Positions 1 to 9,447 of a stretch of 64,000 nt of DNA are shown here, one piece after another. The first letter of the stretch is position 1; every line of letters begins with the position of its first letter. The notes beneath the pieces were generated by a model. It was not told where the DNA came from, did not search any database, and saw nothing but the letters and a program-made list of their open reading frames with translations. The position numbers and the translations under genes are program-made. The stretch lies in NCBI RefSeq assembly GCF_000737315.1, contig NZ_JMCB01000002.1, forward strand, positions 372,001 through 436,000, given 5' to 3'. The stretch comes from Hyalangium minutum (GTDB taxonomy: Bacteria; Myxococcota; Myxococcia; Myxococcales; Myxococcaceae).

Positions 1-13
1 GCGCGCAGTGTCC

Positions 14-886
14 TTACCCGAGCAACTGCTTCCAGTTCTGTGCGCGAGCCCAGTCCTCGAAGGAGCGCCAGCCCACCTCGGGGTAGTCCTTGCGGAGGGC
101 GGCGATGTCAGCGCTGTAACCCTTCGTGTCGAACCACTCGAACATGATGCCCATGTCCTCGTTCTGGGCACGCATCTGCGCCACGGGGACTTCCACGTAC
201 TTGAACGGCTTGCCGGAGGCGCGCGAGAAGAGCTCCGCCACCTGCTCACCGGACAGCTCGTTGGAGGCCAGGTTGATGCGCTTGCCGAGGAAGTGCTCGC
301 GCCGGTCGATGACGAGCGCGCCGAAGTTGCCGATCTCCTCCACGCTGATGTGCTGCAGGACGCGCTTGCCGGGCATGGCGAGGGCGACGACGCCCTGCTT
401 GAGGCCCCCGCCGAACCAGGAGCTCACGAGGTTCTCGGCGAAGAACACAGGGGCGATGATGGTGTAGGGGAGGCCGGACTTGACGAGGTACTCCTCGACG
501 CGGGCCTTGCTGTCGAAGTGAGGGATGCCCGTCTCTTTGTCGGCGTCGGAGACGGAGGTGTAGACGACGTGCTTGACGCCGGCGGCCTTGGCGGCGTCCA
601 CGGCGGTGATGCCCTGGCGCGTCTCGGTGTCCATGCCGGCCTCGAAGGGCGTGCTCATGATGAAGACGGCATCCACACCCGTCATGGCGCGCACGAGCGC
701 ATCGCTGTCATCGAAGCTGCCCACGGCCAGCTCGGCGCCGAGCTGCTTGAGCGCGAGCGCCCCGGCGGAGTCCGGCTTGCGCGTGAGAGCGCGGACCTTG
801 TGACCCTTCTTGAGGAGTGCGCGAGCGACCGCGCCACCCTGCTGGCCCGTGGCACCGGTGACAAGAACGGAGAGAGGCTTCGACAT
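14..886 (-). CDS. NmrA/HSCARG-family NAD(P)H-binding protein
   Basis: N-terminal LVTGATGQQGG Rossmann motif, YTSV and PHFDSK motifs; ATG at 886 preceded by AGGAGG, so the ORF-track extension is probably not translated. Confidence 0.9.
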   Translation of the reverse strand: MSKPLSVLVTGATGQQGGAVARALLKKGHKVRALTRKPDSAGALALKQLGAELAVGSFDDSDALVRAMTGVDAVFIMSTPFEAGMDTETRQGITAVDAAKAAGVKHVVYTSVSDADKETGIPHFDSKARVEEYLVKSGLPYTIIAPVFFAENLVSSWFGGGLKQGVVALAMPGKRVLQHISVEEIGNFGALVIDRREHFLGKRINLASNELSGEQVAELFSRASGKPFKYVEVPVAQMRAQNEDMGIMFEWFDTKGYSADIAALRKDYPEVGWRSFEDWARAQNWKQLLG

Positions 887-982
887 GGGGTTCCTCCTGG
901 TTTCGAGTAGACGAAAGCCTCCTAAAGCAACCGGGATGCCATCGCCAAGTCCTTGATTCGCCGTGTGACGGCGGGGCAACAG

Positions 983-997
983 CTCTCAATTTGAGAG
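983..997. promoter_or_regulatory. Perfect interrupted palindrome CTCTCAA-T-TTGAGAG, candidate operator
   Basis: 7-1-7 dyad in the divergent intergenic region between nmrA-like and Kelch genes. Confidence 0.3.
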
Positions 998-1110
998 GAC
1001 GAGACCTCAAGGCGAGGAGGGTCTGGCGGATGTGCTGCTGGGGTCGAGCTAAGCAGGTTCTGCTTGGATTGCAGATCCCTGCTCACCTCATGCCGTGCCA
1101 GAGTGCCGCC

Positions 1111-2880
1111 ATGCCCTCCTCCAAAGACCCTGTCTGCTCACGCTGGCATTTGCTGGGAGTCTCGACCGTGCTCGCCCTCACGGCGGCGGGCTGCGATCCC
1201 GTCGCTGCCAGCGCTCCCGCTGCGCCGCAGGCGCCTCTCACCCAGGCGGCCCAGAGGCTGAACTGCGAGGGCAGCGAGGTGAGCGGCTCATGCGAGTTCT
1301 ACCAGGTGGCCGAGGCCGAGGCCGACACCTACGTCAAGATCGGGTCCCAGCGTGAGCAGGACAAAAACTATGGCCACGAGGCCAGCTTCGCCGTCAGCGG
1401 CTGGTACTATACGTACGGCTACCTCCGCTTCAACCTGGGCAACCTCCCCGCTGGCGTGCAGGTCCACTCAGTGAAGCTCTCGGCCACGGCCTTCAAGGGG
1501 TACTCCCAGAACGGTGATGGCAACGTCTACGCGTACCTGGTCCCGAACAACTCGTGGAATGAGTACTACCTGACCTGGAACTACCGGCCGTGGGAAGTCG
1601 GAGATCCGCTGGGCTCATGGTTCCTGTGGTACCCCGTCGGCGACAGGACCGAGGACAAGGTCGGCGTGAACGCGGATCCGAGCCTCATCCCGGTCGTCCA
1701 GAACGCCGCGAATGCCACGGATCGGCGGATCTCGTTCCTGCTCCGGATCAATGGCGCGTACAACACGACCTACTACTCGCGCGAGGAGGCGGTCGCCTCG
1801 AGGCGCCCCAAGCTCCAGGTCGGCTACGTCTGGCCGGCCCTCACGTCCGAGGACGCCTGGGCGAGCGCGAGCCCCGCGCCTCTCGCCCTCACGAAGCAGT
1901 CCGCGACGCTGCTGGCGGATGGCCGGGTGCTGGTGGCGGGAGGAGCCGACTCCGTGGGGTGGACGGCCAGTGCGGCGGTCTACTCGCCCGCCACGCGCAC
2001 CTGGGCGTCCACGGCCTCCATGTTCGTGAAGCGCTATGGACACGGCGCCACGCTCCTGAGCTCCGGCGAGGTGCTCGTCACGGGCGGGGAGATCAGCAAC
2101 GTTCCCACTGCGACCACCGAGCGCTACAGCGCCACCACCGGCACCTGGAGCGCCGCTGCCGCGATGTCGCAGCCCCGCTTCCGCCACACCGTGACGGTGC
2201 TGAACGATGGGCGGCTGCTGGTGGCCGGTGGCTTCGATGGAACCACTGGGATTGCGACCACGGAGTTCTACGCGCCGAGCTCTGGCACCTGGACGCCGGG
2301 GCCCTCCATGTCCACGCGCCGCTTCGGGCACACCGCGACCCTGCTGCCCGATGGGCGAGTGCTGGTGGCGGGCGGACACACCGGTGGGCAGGCGCTCGCC
2401 ACCGCCGAGCTCTATGATCCGGCCACCAACACCTGGTCGGCCACCGGCACAATGAGCTCCAGCCACCACGGGCACGCAGCGGCTTTGCTTCCGGACGGCC
2501 GGGTTCTCGTGGCGAGCGGACTGACGCCCGGAGGACTCCCCACGCCGATCTCCGAGCTGTACAATCCCGCCACCGGGACGTGGGCGGCCACGGGCTCACT
2601 GACCACGGCGCGCAGCGAGTTCACCCTCGCAATGCTGCCCTCGGGCCGGGTGCTGGTGCTGGGCGGCATCAGCGGCTCGGGAGCAGTCACCTCCACGGTT
2701 GAGAGCTACGATGTCACCACGGGCACCTGGACGCAGGCCCCCGTGATGGGCACCGCGCGCCGCAACCTCTCGGCCACGGTGCTGCCCGAGGGGCGCATCC
2801 TTGTCGTCGGGGGGCAGCAGGATGGCACCACCGTGCCGCTCTCCTCCGCCGAGCTCTTCACGCCAGCAGGGGGACCCTGA
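1111..2880 (+). CDS. Lipoprotein with N-terminal DNRLRE/CBM96-like domain and seven Kelch repeats
   Basis: Lipobox LTAAGC; EADTYV...YLRFNL...RRPKL domain; seven LxxGRVLVxGG-type repeats. Start estimated. Confidence 0.85.
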   Translation: MPSSKDPVCSRWHLLGVSTVLALTAAGCDPVAASAPAAPQAPLTQAAQRLNCEGSEVSGSCEFYQVAEAEADTYVKIGSQREQDKNYGHEASFAVSGWYYTYGYLRFNLGNLPAGVQVHSVKLSATAFKGYSQNGDGNVYAYLVPNNSWNEYYLTWNYRPWEVGDPLGSWFLWYPVGDRTEDKVGVNADPSLIPVVQNAANATDRRISFLLRINGAYNTTYYSREEAVASRRPKLQVGYVWPALTSEDAWASASPAPLALTKQSATLLADGRVLVAGGADSVGWTASAAVYSPATRTWASTASMFVKRYGHGATLLSSGEVLVTGGEISNVPTATTERYSATTGTWSAAAAMSQPRFRHTVTVLNDGRLLVAGGFDGTTGIATTEFYAPSSGTWTPGPSMSTRRFGHTATLLPDGRVLVAGGHTGGQALATAELYDPATNTWSATGTMSSSHHGHAAALLPDGRVLVASGLTPGGLPTPISELYNPATGTWAATGSLTTARSEFTLAMLPSGRVLVLGGISGSGAVTSTVESYDVTTGTWTQAPVMGTARRNLSATVLPEGRILVVGGQQDGTTVPLSSAELFTPAGGP

Positions 2881-2919
2881 CCGATCACCCCCGAGGTCAA
2901 GGCGGTAGACTGCGCATCC

Positions 2920-3780
2920 ATGGAGCCATCGAAGTCAGGCGGGTTGAGCTCGATACGCACCGTGTTGCGGATCGGTGCGGGGATCGTCGTGGGTGGGGGT
3001 CTGCTCGTGGGAGTGGTGTTCTGGGCCGTCTACGGGTGGGTTCGGGACTCGGCGCCCAGCCAGGCGGCGCAGGTGTTCCTCTCCGAGCACCCCATAGTCC
3101 AGGCCGATCTCGGGGAGCACATCCGGCTGAGTGGAATGCTGCAGGGGAAGTTCTCCGACCAGAGGCAGACCGGCTCCGCCAGGTTCACCTTGCCGCTGAG
3201 CGGGAGCCTGGGAAAGGGCATGGCCGAGGTTCAGCTGGCGAAGGATGGAGGCCTGTGGCGGGTGACGTCCGGCTTCTATCAAGGACGGGATGGAGTGCGT
3301 CGGGAACTGGTCGCGCAGGAGGAGGAAGGGGACGACAGCCGGAAGCAGCTGGTGCATGCCCACAGGCTCTACAAGTCGGGCAAGAGCCAGGAGGCGATCG
3401 CGGAGTTGAACGCGCTGCTGGAGCGATTCCCGGACGACGCGGAGGCCCTGTATTGGAGGGCGCAGATCCGGGCGAGGCTTGGAGAGAACGACGCGGCGCG
3501 CGAGGACATCCTCCGAGCGGTGGCTTTGAAGGTGGACTTGAGAGAGGCCTACCAGCTCCACGACTCCCTGCTGGCGCGAGAGCACCGGTGGGAGGAGATC
3601 ATCCACGCCTGGACCGAGTACCTGGAGCGCCACCCGGAAGATGACGTGGCGCTGCTGGAGCGCGCAGGAACCTGGCACCACCAGGGCGACGAGGCGCGGG
3701 CCCTGGAGGATCTGAAGCGCTCGTGCGAGCTGGACAATGCCCAGGCCTGCGCGCTGCACAGGCGACAGACAGGGCAGTGA
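2920..3780 (+). CDS. Membrane-anchored Coa1-like domain + TPR protein
   Basis: N-terminal TM; HPIVQADLG...FTLPLSGSLGKG...W Coa1-like segment; TPR helices (AEALYWRAQIR, ALLERA) ending in a Sel1-like CELDNAQAC. Confidence 0.7.
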   Translation: MEPSKSGGLSSIRTVLRIGAGIVVGGGLLVGVVFWAVYGWVRDSAPSQAAQVFLSEHPIVQADLGEHIRLSGMLQGKFSDQRQTGSARFTLPLSGSLGKGMAEVQLAKDGGLWRVTSGFYQGRDGVRRELVAQEEEGDDSRKQLVHAHRLYKSGKSQEAIAELNALLERFPDDAEALYWRAQIRARLGENDAAREDILRAVALKVDLREAYQLHDSLLAREHRWEEIIHAWTEYLERHPEDDVALLERAGTWHHQGDEARALEDLKRSCELDNAQACALHRRQTGQ

Positions 3781-3862
3781 GCGAGGGGCTCGCTCACCTA
3801 TTTCGCAGGACGGGCAAGCCCCTGCCCTCCCCGTTGATCCCCAGAAGGCTTGGAGATGCTGC

Positions 3863-4657
3863 ATGCACTCGAAAGTGGCTCACCCTCGAACTCGTTTCTC
3901 GTCAGTCGCTGCTCTCTTCGCCACGGTCCTCGCCCTCTCTGTCGGCAGACCCACCGCCCACGCGGGGACGGAGCTCCAAGCACCGACGCAAGGCCTCGTC
4001 GGCCTGCTCGAACTGCCTGAGATCCTGGGAACCAGCGACCCGGCCGGACCTCCTGGGCAGGTGCAGGCCCAGGGCTCCGGCCGCGTTTCCGTGTTGGCCC
4101 GGCCCGATGCGAAGTCGCCCGTCGTGGCGCTGCTCGACGTGACGGGAATTACGGACCCGGCCGGGAAGCGGCTGTGCTCCTGGCGTTCAGAGACACCCAG
4201 CGCCACGCTCTGTGCCACCCTCGAACATGACTATGAAGCGGTGTCCCTGCTTGTGTATCGGACAAGCGGGGAGGGCTGGTTCGAGATCGCGCTCGACGGC
4301 CAAGGCAAGGCTCGCGGCTGGGTGAAGAGCTCGCCCCGAGCCACCTTCCGCCCCCTCGCTGTGCTCTTTCGCGATCGTCTGACGTACTTGACTCCAAGCT
4401 GGGACAGGACGCTGGCGCCGAAGCCCGGCGGAGCGGCCGCGCCGGGAGCCCCTCGGCCGGCCTTGAAACAGCCGGAGCCGGCCGTTCGGGTCAAATCGAC
4501 GGCCACCGTCCGAGGCAAGCTCTGGCTCGAGGTGGACATCCTGGATGGCGTGTGCGGACAGAGTGATTCACCGAAGGTGCTCTCCTCCGGTTGGGTGCCG
4601 GCGCACTCGCAGGCGGACGGGAGGCTCGTCGTCTGGTTCTACTCCCGGGGCTGCTGA
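3863..4657 (+). CDS. Hypothetical secreted protein
   Basis: Signal-peptide-like N-terminus (VAALFATVLALSVGRPTAHA), GC3-biased codons, no recognised domain. Confidence 0.6.
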   Translation: MHSKVAHPRTRFSSVAALFATVLALSVGRPTAHAGTELQAPTQGLVGLLELPEILGTSDPAGPPGQVQAQGSGRVSVLARPDAKSPVVALLDVTGITDPAGKRLCSWRSETPSATLCATLEHDYEAVSLLVYRTSGEGWFEIALDGQGKARGWVKSSPRATFRPLAVLFRDRLTYLTPSWDRTLAPKPGGAAAPGAPRPALKQPEPAVRVKSTATVRGKLWLEVDILDGVCGQSDSPKVLSSGWVPAHSQADGRLVVWFYSRGC

Positions 4658-4695
4658 GCGGCCGTGACAACCGCTGCAGCGCCAATGCCGGTAGG

Positions 4696-5319
4696 ATGCG
4701 CGCTTCCTCCCCAGGTGCAGTCATGGCTGCAGTGATTCTCGAAGCCCGCTGTGTCGCCCCCTTCGTCGTCCGGCTCCGCTTCAGCGATGGGCAAGAGGGC
4801 GAGGCGAACCTCAAGCCCTGCCTCTTCGATTGGGAAGCGGCGCGCGTGCCTGAGCTCTCCTCCGAGACGCGCGACTGGCTGCGCTCGCCGGAGAACTTTC
4901 AGACCGTCCGCGTGGACCCTGCGACGGGCACGCTCGCCTGGGGCGACAGGCGGCCGTTCAGTGCGTACCTGCTGTACTGGCGCGTGGAGAGGCATCGGGT
5001 GACGGCAGTCATCCGCTCGAAGGATGGGGCCGTCCTCTCCACCCAGGCGCTCGGCGGGAGGCACGAGGCCTGGACGAAGGGGCTCACCCTCGGGCGAGCC
5101 GAAACCAACATCGTCGTCGTGGATCAGGAAGGTGTGGCGCCGCACCACGCTCGGGTGACTATCGGCGGCGGTCATCACCCTCGCTATTTCATCGAGGTGG
5201 TGGAGGGAGAGACGGCCGCCGGAGGGACCCGTTCGTTCACGCCCGGCGAGCGCTGGAGTGTCCCCGCGCGGCAGCCGCTCCGGCTGGAGATGGGCGCCTG
5301 CACCGTGGAGATCGAGTGA
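4696..5319 (+). CDS. DUF2442-like domain fused to FHA-like domain
   Basis: VRLRFSDGQEGEANL...FQTVRVDPATGTLAW N-terminal domain; LTLGR...VAPHHARV FHA signature. Start 4696 or 4723. Confidence 0.7.
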   Translation: MRASSPGAVMAAVILEARCVAPFVVRLRFSDGQEGEANLKPCLFDWEAARVPELSSETRDWLRSPENFQTVRVDPATGTLAWGDRRPFSAYLLYWRVERHRVTAVIRSKDGAVLSTQALGGRHEAWTKGLTLGRAETNIVVVDQEGVAPHHARVTIGGGHHPRYFIEVVEGETAAGGTRSFTPGERWSVPARQPLRLEMGACTVEIE

Positions 5320-5325
5320 GCACGG

Positions 5326-6342
5326 CTAGGTGACGAGGCGCCCCGCGCGAGCGAGCCGGAGCAAGCCAGCGCGGGCCTCGGACCACTGCCGCGTCAGCGC
5401 CTCAGACGGCTCGCCGAGCCTGCTCGTCGCGTCGAGCAGCGGGAACGTCGAGGCCATCGCGCGTGGGCTGGGCGAGCGATCGGCCGTCGGGAGAATGGTG
5501 GTTTTCCCGGCATGGACCTGTCGCTCGACGCGCACGACGCCGTCGGGCCAGCGCTCGACGAGGGCATTGACGACGGTGGAGACGGCGGCCTCCGGCAGTG
5601 GCTGCCCGGTCGCCTCGGCCCACCGCACCAGGACTGCGAGCCCACGCAGCACATCGTAGAAGTAGAAGCGCGGGAACGTGAGCGCGCGCCAGGCCACCGC
5701 CGCGTCGCGCTCCTCTGCGTTGTGCACGGACCGCGAGCCGTGGATGAGGGCACGATCGATCATGAAGCCCCCAGCGCGAGCGACAAAGGCGCGCTGCTCG
5801 CTCGCCCCGGCTCCGCCGAGCAGCATGGCCTCGAGCGGCGCGACAGTCCCGACCATCGAGCTCGGGCACTCGCCGGTCTGGAGGTACGCGGTGTTGTCGC
5901 AGTTGAGGCCGCCATCGGCCATCTGGTACCGCACGAACCAGGGCTTGACCCAGGGCAGCGCGCTTTCGACGTCGATGCCGCACGCGGCCAGCACTGGGTA
6001 CATCGTTCCGAGGGCGCAATGACAGGCGCTGTCGCGCTGCAGGTCGGCGCCCGGAGCATCGCTCGGGTGGATCGGGAAGAGGTGCAAGAGCCGATTGATC
6101 CTCGTGGCCATTGCCGCGGAGGTCCGCGCCGGGATCTGGCGTGCTTCGCCGAGCTCGTGGAGCAGCAGCATGTGCCACCACGGGGAGTTCCACTTGGGCC
6201 AGTACGGATCGAGCTCGATGCCGCGTAGCGCGGCGTCCGAGCCGAGGTAGGCGACGGAATCGGCGATCCCATGCTCGACTTCAGCGCTCCGGAGCGGGGT
6301 GGAGCTGGGAACGGCGGCAAGGTTCTCAAGATTGATCATCAT
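5326..6342 (-). CDS. Hypothetical alpha-barrel protein (prenyltransferase/squalene-cyclase-repeat-like)
   Basis: WFVRYQMADGGLNC and FPRFYFYDVLRGL motifs; strong GC3 bias. Confidence 0.6.
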   Translation of the reverse strand: MMINLENLAAVPSSTPLRSAEVEHGIADSVAYLGSDAALRGIELDPYWPKWNSPWWHMLLLHELGEARQIPARTSAAMATRINRLLHLFPIHPSDAPGADLQRDSACHCALGTMYPVLAACGIDVESALPWVKPWFVRYQMADGGLNCDNTAYLQTGECPSSMVGTVAPLEAMLLGGAGASEQRAFVARAGGFMIDRALIHGSRSVHNAEERDAAVAWRALTFPRFYFYDVLRGLAVLVRWAEATGQPLPEAAVSTVVNALVERWPDGVVRVERQVHAGKTTILPTADRSPSPRAMASTFPLLDATSRLGEPSEALTRQWSEARAGLLRLARAGRLVT

Positions 6343-6396
6343 CGGCGGCTCTGGCTCAAGAAGCCTCTTAATGGGGGAGCCACCCCCGGGCGAGTG

Positions 6397-7311
6397 CTAT
6401 TTCAGCCGGAGGCGCTCACGCGCCTCGTGCCACGCCGGGGGAATGGACCCACGCCCCGTGTGCAGCACGACGATGCCGCCCACGATGGCGCACGTGGTGT
6501 CACGATCCCCGAGCCCAGAGACCGTGGCCCACAGTGCCTCCGCGTAGTCGTCCAGGTGGCGTGCCGCGCACCACACGCAGAAGGGCACCGTATCCTCGGA
6601 GATGACCCGCGACCCGCTGCCCAGCTCCTTCGCCGCGACTGCCGGCGATGCCTCGAGCGGCAGCGCTCGTGCTTTCTCCAGCCCTCTGCGCGTGGCTCCC
6701 GGTGGGGTGTGCTCCAGCACCGCGTCGAAGAGCTGACGCGCCGAGGGGTTCCTCTCCCGCTCCTGCCAGGCCCAGGCGGCCGCCACAGCGACGGCGATGG
6801 CCCCCGCCTGCCCCTCTGGATGGAAGTGCGTCACCTCCGCGGAGGCTCGGGCCTCGGACACCGCCCGGGCCAGATCGTCCGCGAAGTAGGCCCCCAGCGG
6901 CGCCACGCGCATGGCACCGCCGTTCCCCATGGAGCCCGTCCCCCCGAAGACTCGCGAGGAGACTCTGCGCCACGGCTCGCCCTCGTGGATCGCCTGGAGG
7001 ATCTCGTGCGCCGTGCCCCCATAGCCTCGGTAGGGATTCTCGCGGTAGCGGGCGCCGAAGACCCTCGCGAGCTGATCCGGGTCTACCCGCCCATGCTCCT
7101 CCAGCACCTGGACGAGACCCAATGCCATCTCCGTGTCGTCTGTGTAGCCCCACGGTGGCTTGGGCAGGGCCCGCTGCTCGAGCATTGGCACCAGGGTCGA
7201 CGGAGGCAGGAAGAACCGCTCGCCGAACGCATCCCCTACGGACAATCCCTCCAGCGAGAGCAGGGCGCGCTCCATTCGTACAGCATGGTCGGCAGGTTTC
7301 GAGATCGTCAT
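6397..7311 (-). CDS. ADP-ribosylglycohydrolase family protein
   Basis: SVGDAFG, YTDDTEM, GNGGAMR and GDRDTT motifs. Confidence 0.92.
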   Translation of the reverse strand: MTISKPADHAVRMERALLSLEGLSVGDAFGERFFLPPSTLVPMLEQRALPKPPWGYTDDTEMALGLVQVLEEHGRVDPDQLARVFGARYRENPYRGYGGTAHEILQAIHEGEPWRRVSSRVFGGTGSMGNGGAMRVAPLGAYFADDLARAVSEARASAEVTHFHPEGQAGAIAVAVAAAWAWQERERNPSARQLFDAVLEHTPPGATRRGLEKARALPLEASPAVAAKELGSGSRVISEDTVPFCVWCAARHLDDYAEALWATVSGLGDRDTTCAIVGGIVVLHTGRGSIPPAWHEARERLRLK

Positions 7312-7443
7312 GCCGCATGGTCCAACGGCGGGTGGCTAAGTGTCAATAAAACACTAACTAAAGGTGAAGGCGTCTTCCTCGGTCTGGCGGTGGACCCGCC
7401 TCACAAGGTAGGGTTGCATCCTCCCTACCTGCAAGGACACCCC

Positions 7444-8859
7444 ATGCACGACGACCTGCCGCCCCTCGGCGCGACCGTGGGCCCATGGCTCATCCTCAAC
7501 CGCGTCGACTCGGGCTCTTATGGGGTGGTGTTCCATGCACGGCGCACCCACGCTCCCGAGTCGCCGCCCGTGGCGCTGAAGGTCGCCAAGCAACCTGAAG
7601 ATCCTCGCTTCGAGCGGGAGACCGAGGTGCTTCAGCGCAGCCACCACCCGTCCATTCCGCGCTTCGAGGGCATGGGGCTGTGGATGGGACCGTCAGGCTG
7701 CGGCTACCCCTACCTGGCCATGGAGTCCGTGGAGGGCGTCACCCTCTATCGCTGGTTCCAGGAGCAACCGCGCTCCAGTCTGGACGTGCTGCGGGTGGTG
7801 GTGCAGTTGGCGGGGGCCCTGGCGTCCGCGCACGGCCGAGGCATCCTCCACCGTGACGTGAAGGGCGACAACATCCGCGTTACTCCTGCGGGCCGGGCGG
7901 TGCTCCTGGACTGGGGGAGCTGCTGGCTGCCCACGGCCCGGCCTCTGACGGACACGCCGGTGCCTCCGGGGACCAGCGCCTACCGCCCACCCGAGCAGCG
8001 CGGGTTCATGTACGCCTTCCACAAGGACATGGAGGCGCGGTGGGCGTCCCGGCCTGCGGATGATCTGTACGCCCTCGGAGTCACCCTCTACCGGCTTGTC
8101 ACGGGGACGTACTTGCCTCCCTGTACGGATGGGATGGGCTTGGTGGAGGTGGAGGTGCCCAAGCCCTCGGAGAGGGTGACGGTGAGCCCCGAGCTCGAGG
8201 CGCTCATCCTGCGGCTGCTCTCGGATGACCGGCAGGCTCGGGGCACGGCGGAGCAGCTCGTGCGCGAGGCGCTGGAGTGGGTGCAGGCGGCCGGAACGGA
8301 TGCGCGAGAGCCCATCCTTCCCAAGCACAGCGCGCCCTGTACCGAGGAGGGGCAGGTCTCTTCAGATGGCTCATGCGACGAAGAGATTCTCTCGGATACC
8401 GAACCCACCCCCCCGTGTAGAGCGCGCCAGCGGTTCCCCACCTTCCCTGTATTGGGGGCCGCGTTCATGTTGGGGGCTCTCGTCATGGCACTGCTGCCAA
8501 TGAGAAGGCAGCCCGTGACAGAGGAGCCGTCCGCGCCATGGATGGCCACGCCGCAGGAGGTGGAGCAGTTCACCCCAGACGGGGGTGTCGGCGAGGAGGC
8601 CTTGTCGAGCGTTCAAAATGTGCCTCGTGCAGCCGTTCCCACCAGTTTTCTCGGCTTGCGGATGCAGAAGGAGCCGCTGCCCGGGCAGAAAAAGCCGCCG
8701 TGCGAACCGGAGATTCAGACGGTCATCAACGGCGGATGTTGGGTAGGTCCACTTGGCAGGAGAAAGCCACCGTGTGGCTCCGAGGCGTTTGACTACGACG
8801 ATGGCTGTTACATGCCCGTGTTCCCCGCGCCCCGCCAGCCCACCTCGGAGCCGCCGTGA
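7444..8859 (+). CDS. Myxobacterial Ser/Thr protein kinase with TM and Cys-containing C-terminal domain
   Basis: GSYGVV, VALK, HRDVKGDN, DWG, GTSAYRPPE; TM; QKKPPC...GGCWV...CYMP tail. Start MHDDLPP; upstream extension in the track is spurious. Confidence 0.88.
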   Translation: MHDDLPPLGATVGPWLILNRVDSGSYGVVFHARRTHAPESPPVALKVAKQPEDPRFERETEVLQRSHHPSIPRFEGMGLWMGPSGCGYPYLAMESVEGVTLYRWFQEQPRSSLDVLRVVVQLAGALASAHGRGILHRDVKGDNIRVTPAGRAVLLDWGSCWLPTARPLTDTPVPPGTSAYRPPEQRGFMYAFHKDMEARWASRPADDLYALGVTLYRLVTGTYLPPCTDGMGLVEVEVPKPSERVTVSPELEALILRLLSDDRQARGTAEQLVREALEWVQAAGTDAREPILPKHSAPCTEEGQVSSDGSCDEEILSDTEPTPPCRARQRFPTFPVLGAAFMLGALVMALLPMRRQPVTEEPSAPWMATPQEVEQFTPDGGVGEEALSSVQNVPRAAVPTSFLGLRMQKEPLPGQKKPPCEPEIQTVINGGCWVGPLGRRKPPCGSEAFDYDDGCYMPVFPAPRQPTSEPP

Positions 8860-9006
8860 CGCTCATTCATCCAATGCCTCGAGCTCGGAGGTCGCCCACA
8901 TTTGCCAGGCGGCTCCAGGTTTCACGCGAAAATGCAGAAAGTGTCTCCGGGCGTTGTTAGATGCTCCGCCCGCTGCGACTCACCGGCAGCCGGCTTGAAT
9001 GAGGGG

Positions 9007-9447
9007 ATGACCGTGACGGAGAACACCACCCAGCGCATCTCGGATGCGGCGCTGGCGCACCTGGGGTTGCGGCTGGTGCTGGGCATCAATATCGCCGTCC
9101 ATGGACTCGTACGGGTGCCCGCGCCGGTCGCCTTCGCCGAGGGGATGGTCAAGGGCTTCGCGGAGACGCCGCTGCCCGCGCCGCTCGTGCTCGCCTTCGG
9201 TGTCACGCTGCCCTTCATCGAGCTCGCCGTGGGGGTGGCTGTGCTGCTCGGATTGCGCCTGCGCTGGGCGCTGTTCGGCGGGCTGCTCGTCATGGCCGGG
9301 CTGACCTTCGGGACGTGCTTGCAGCAGAACTGGAACAACGCGGGGCTGCAGCTCACATATGCAGTGGCTTACGCGGCGCTGCTCGCCACCGTCGCTCACG
9401 CGCGGTTCACGCTGGATGGGACGCTGGAGCGGCGTACGCGCTCATGA
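9007..9447 (+). CDS. DoxX family membrane protein
   Basis: LRLVLGINIAVHG, PFIEL, four TMs, QQNW motif. Confidence 0.85.
   Translation: MTVTENTTQRISDAALAHLGLRLVLGINIAVHGLVRVPAPVAFAEGMVKGFAETPLPAPLVLAFGVTLPFIELAVGVAVLLGLRLRWALFGGLLVMAGLTFGTCLQQNWNNAGLQLTYAVAYAALLATVAHARFTLDGTLERRTRS

Noticed and set aside
6271-7443. Long N-terminal extension of the Ser/Thr kinase
   Set aside because: Antisense to the ADP-ribosylglycohydrolase gene; kinase motifs begin after 7444.
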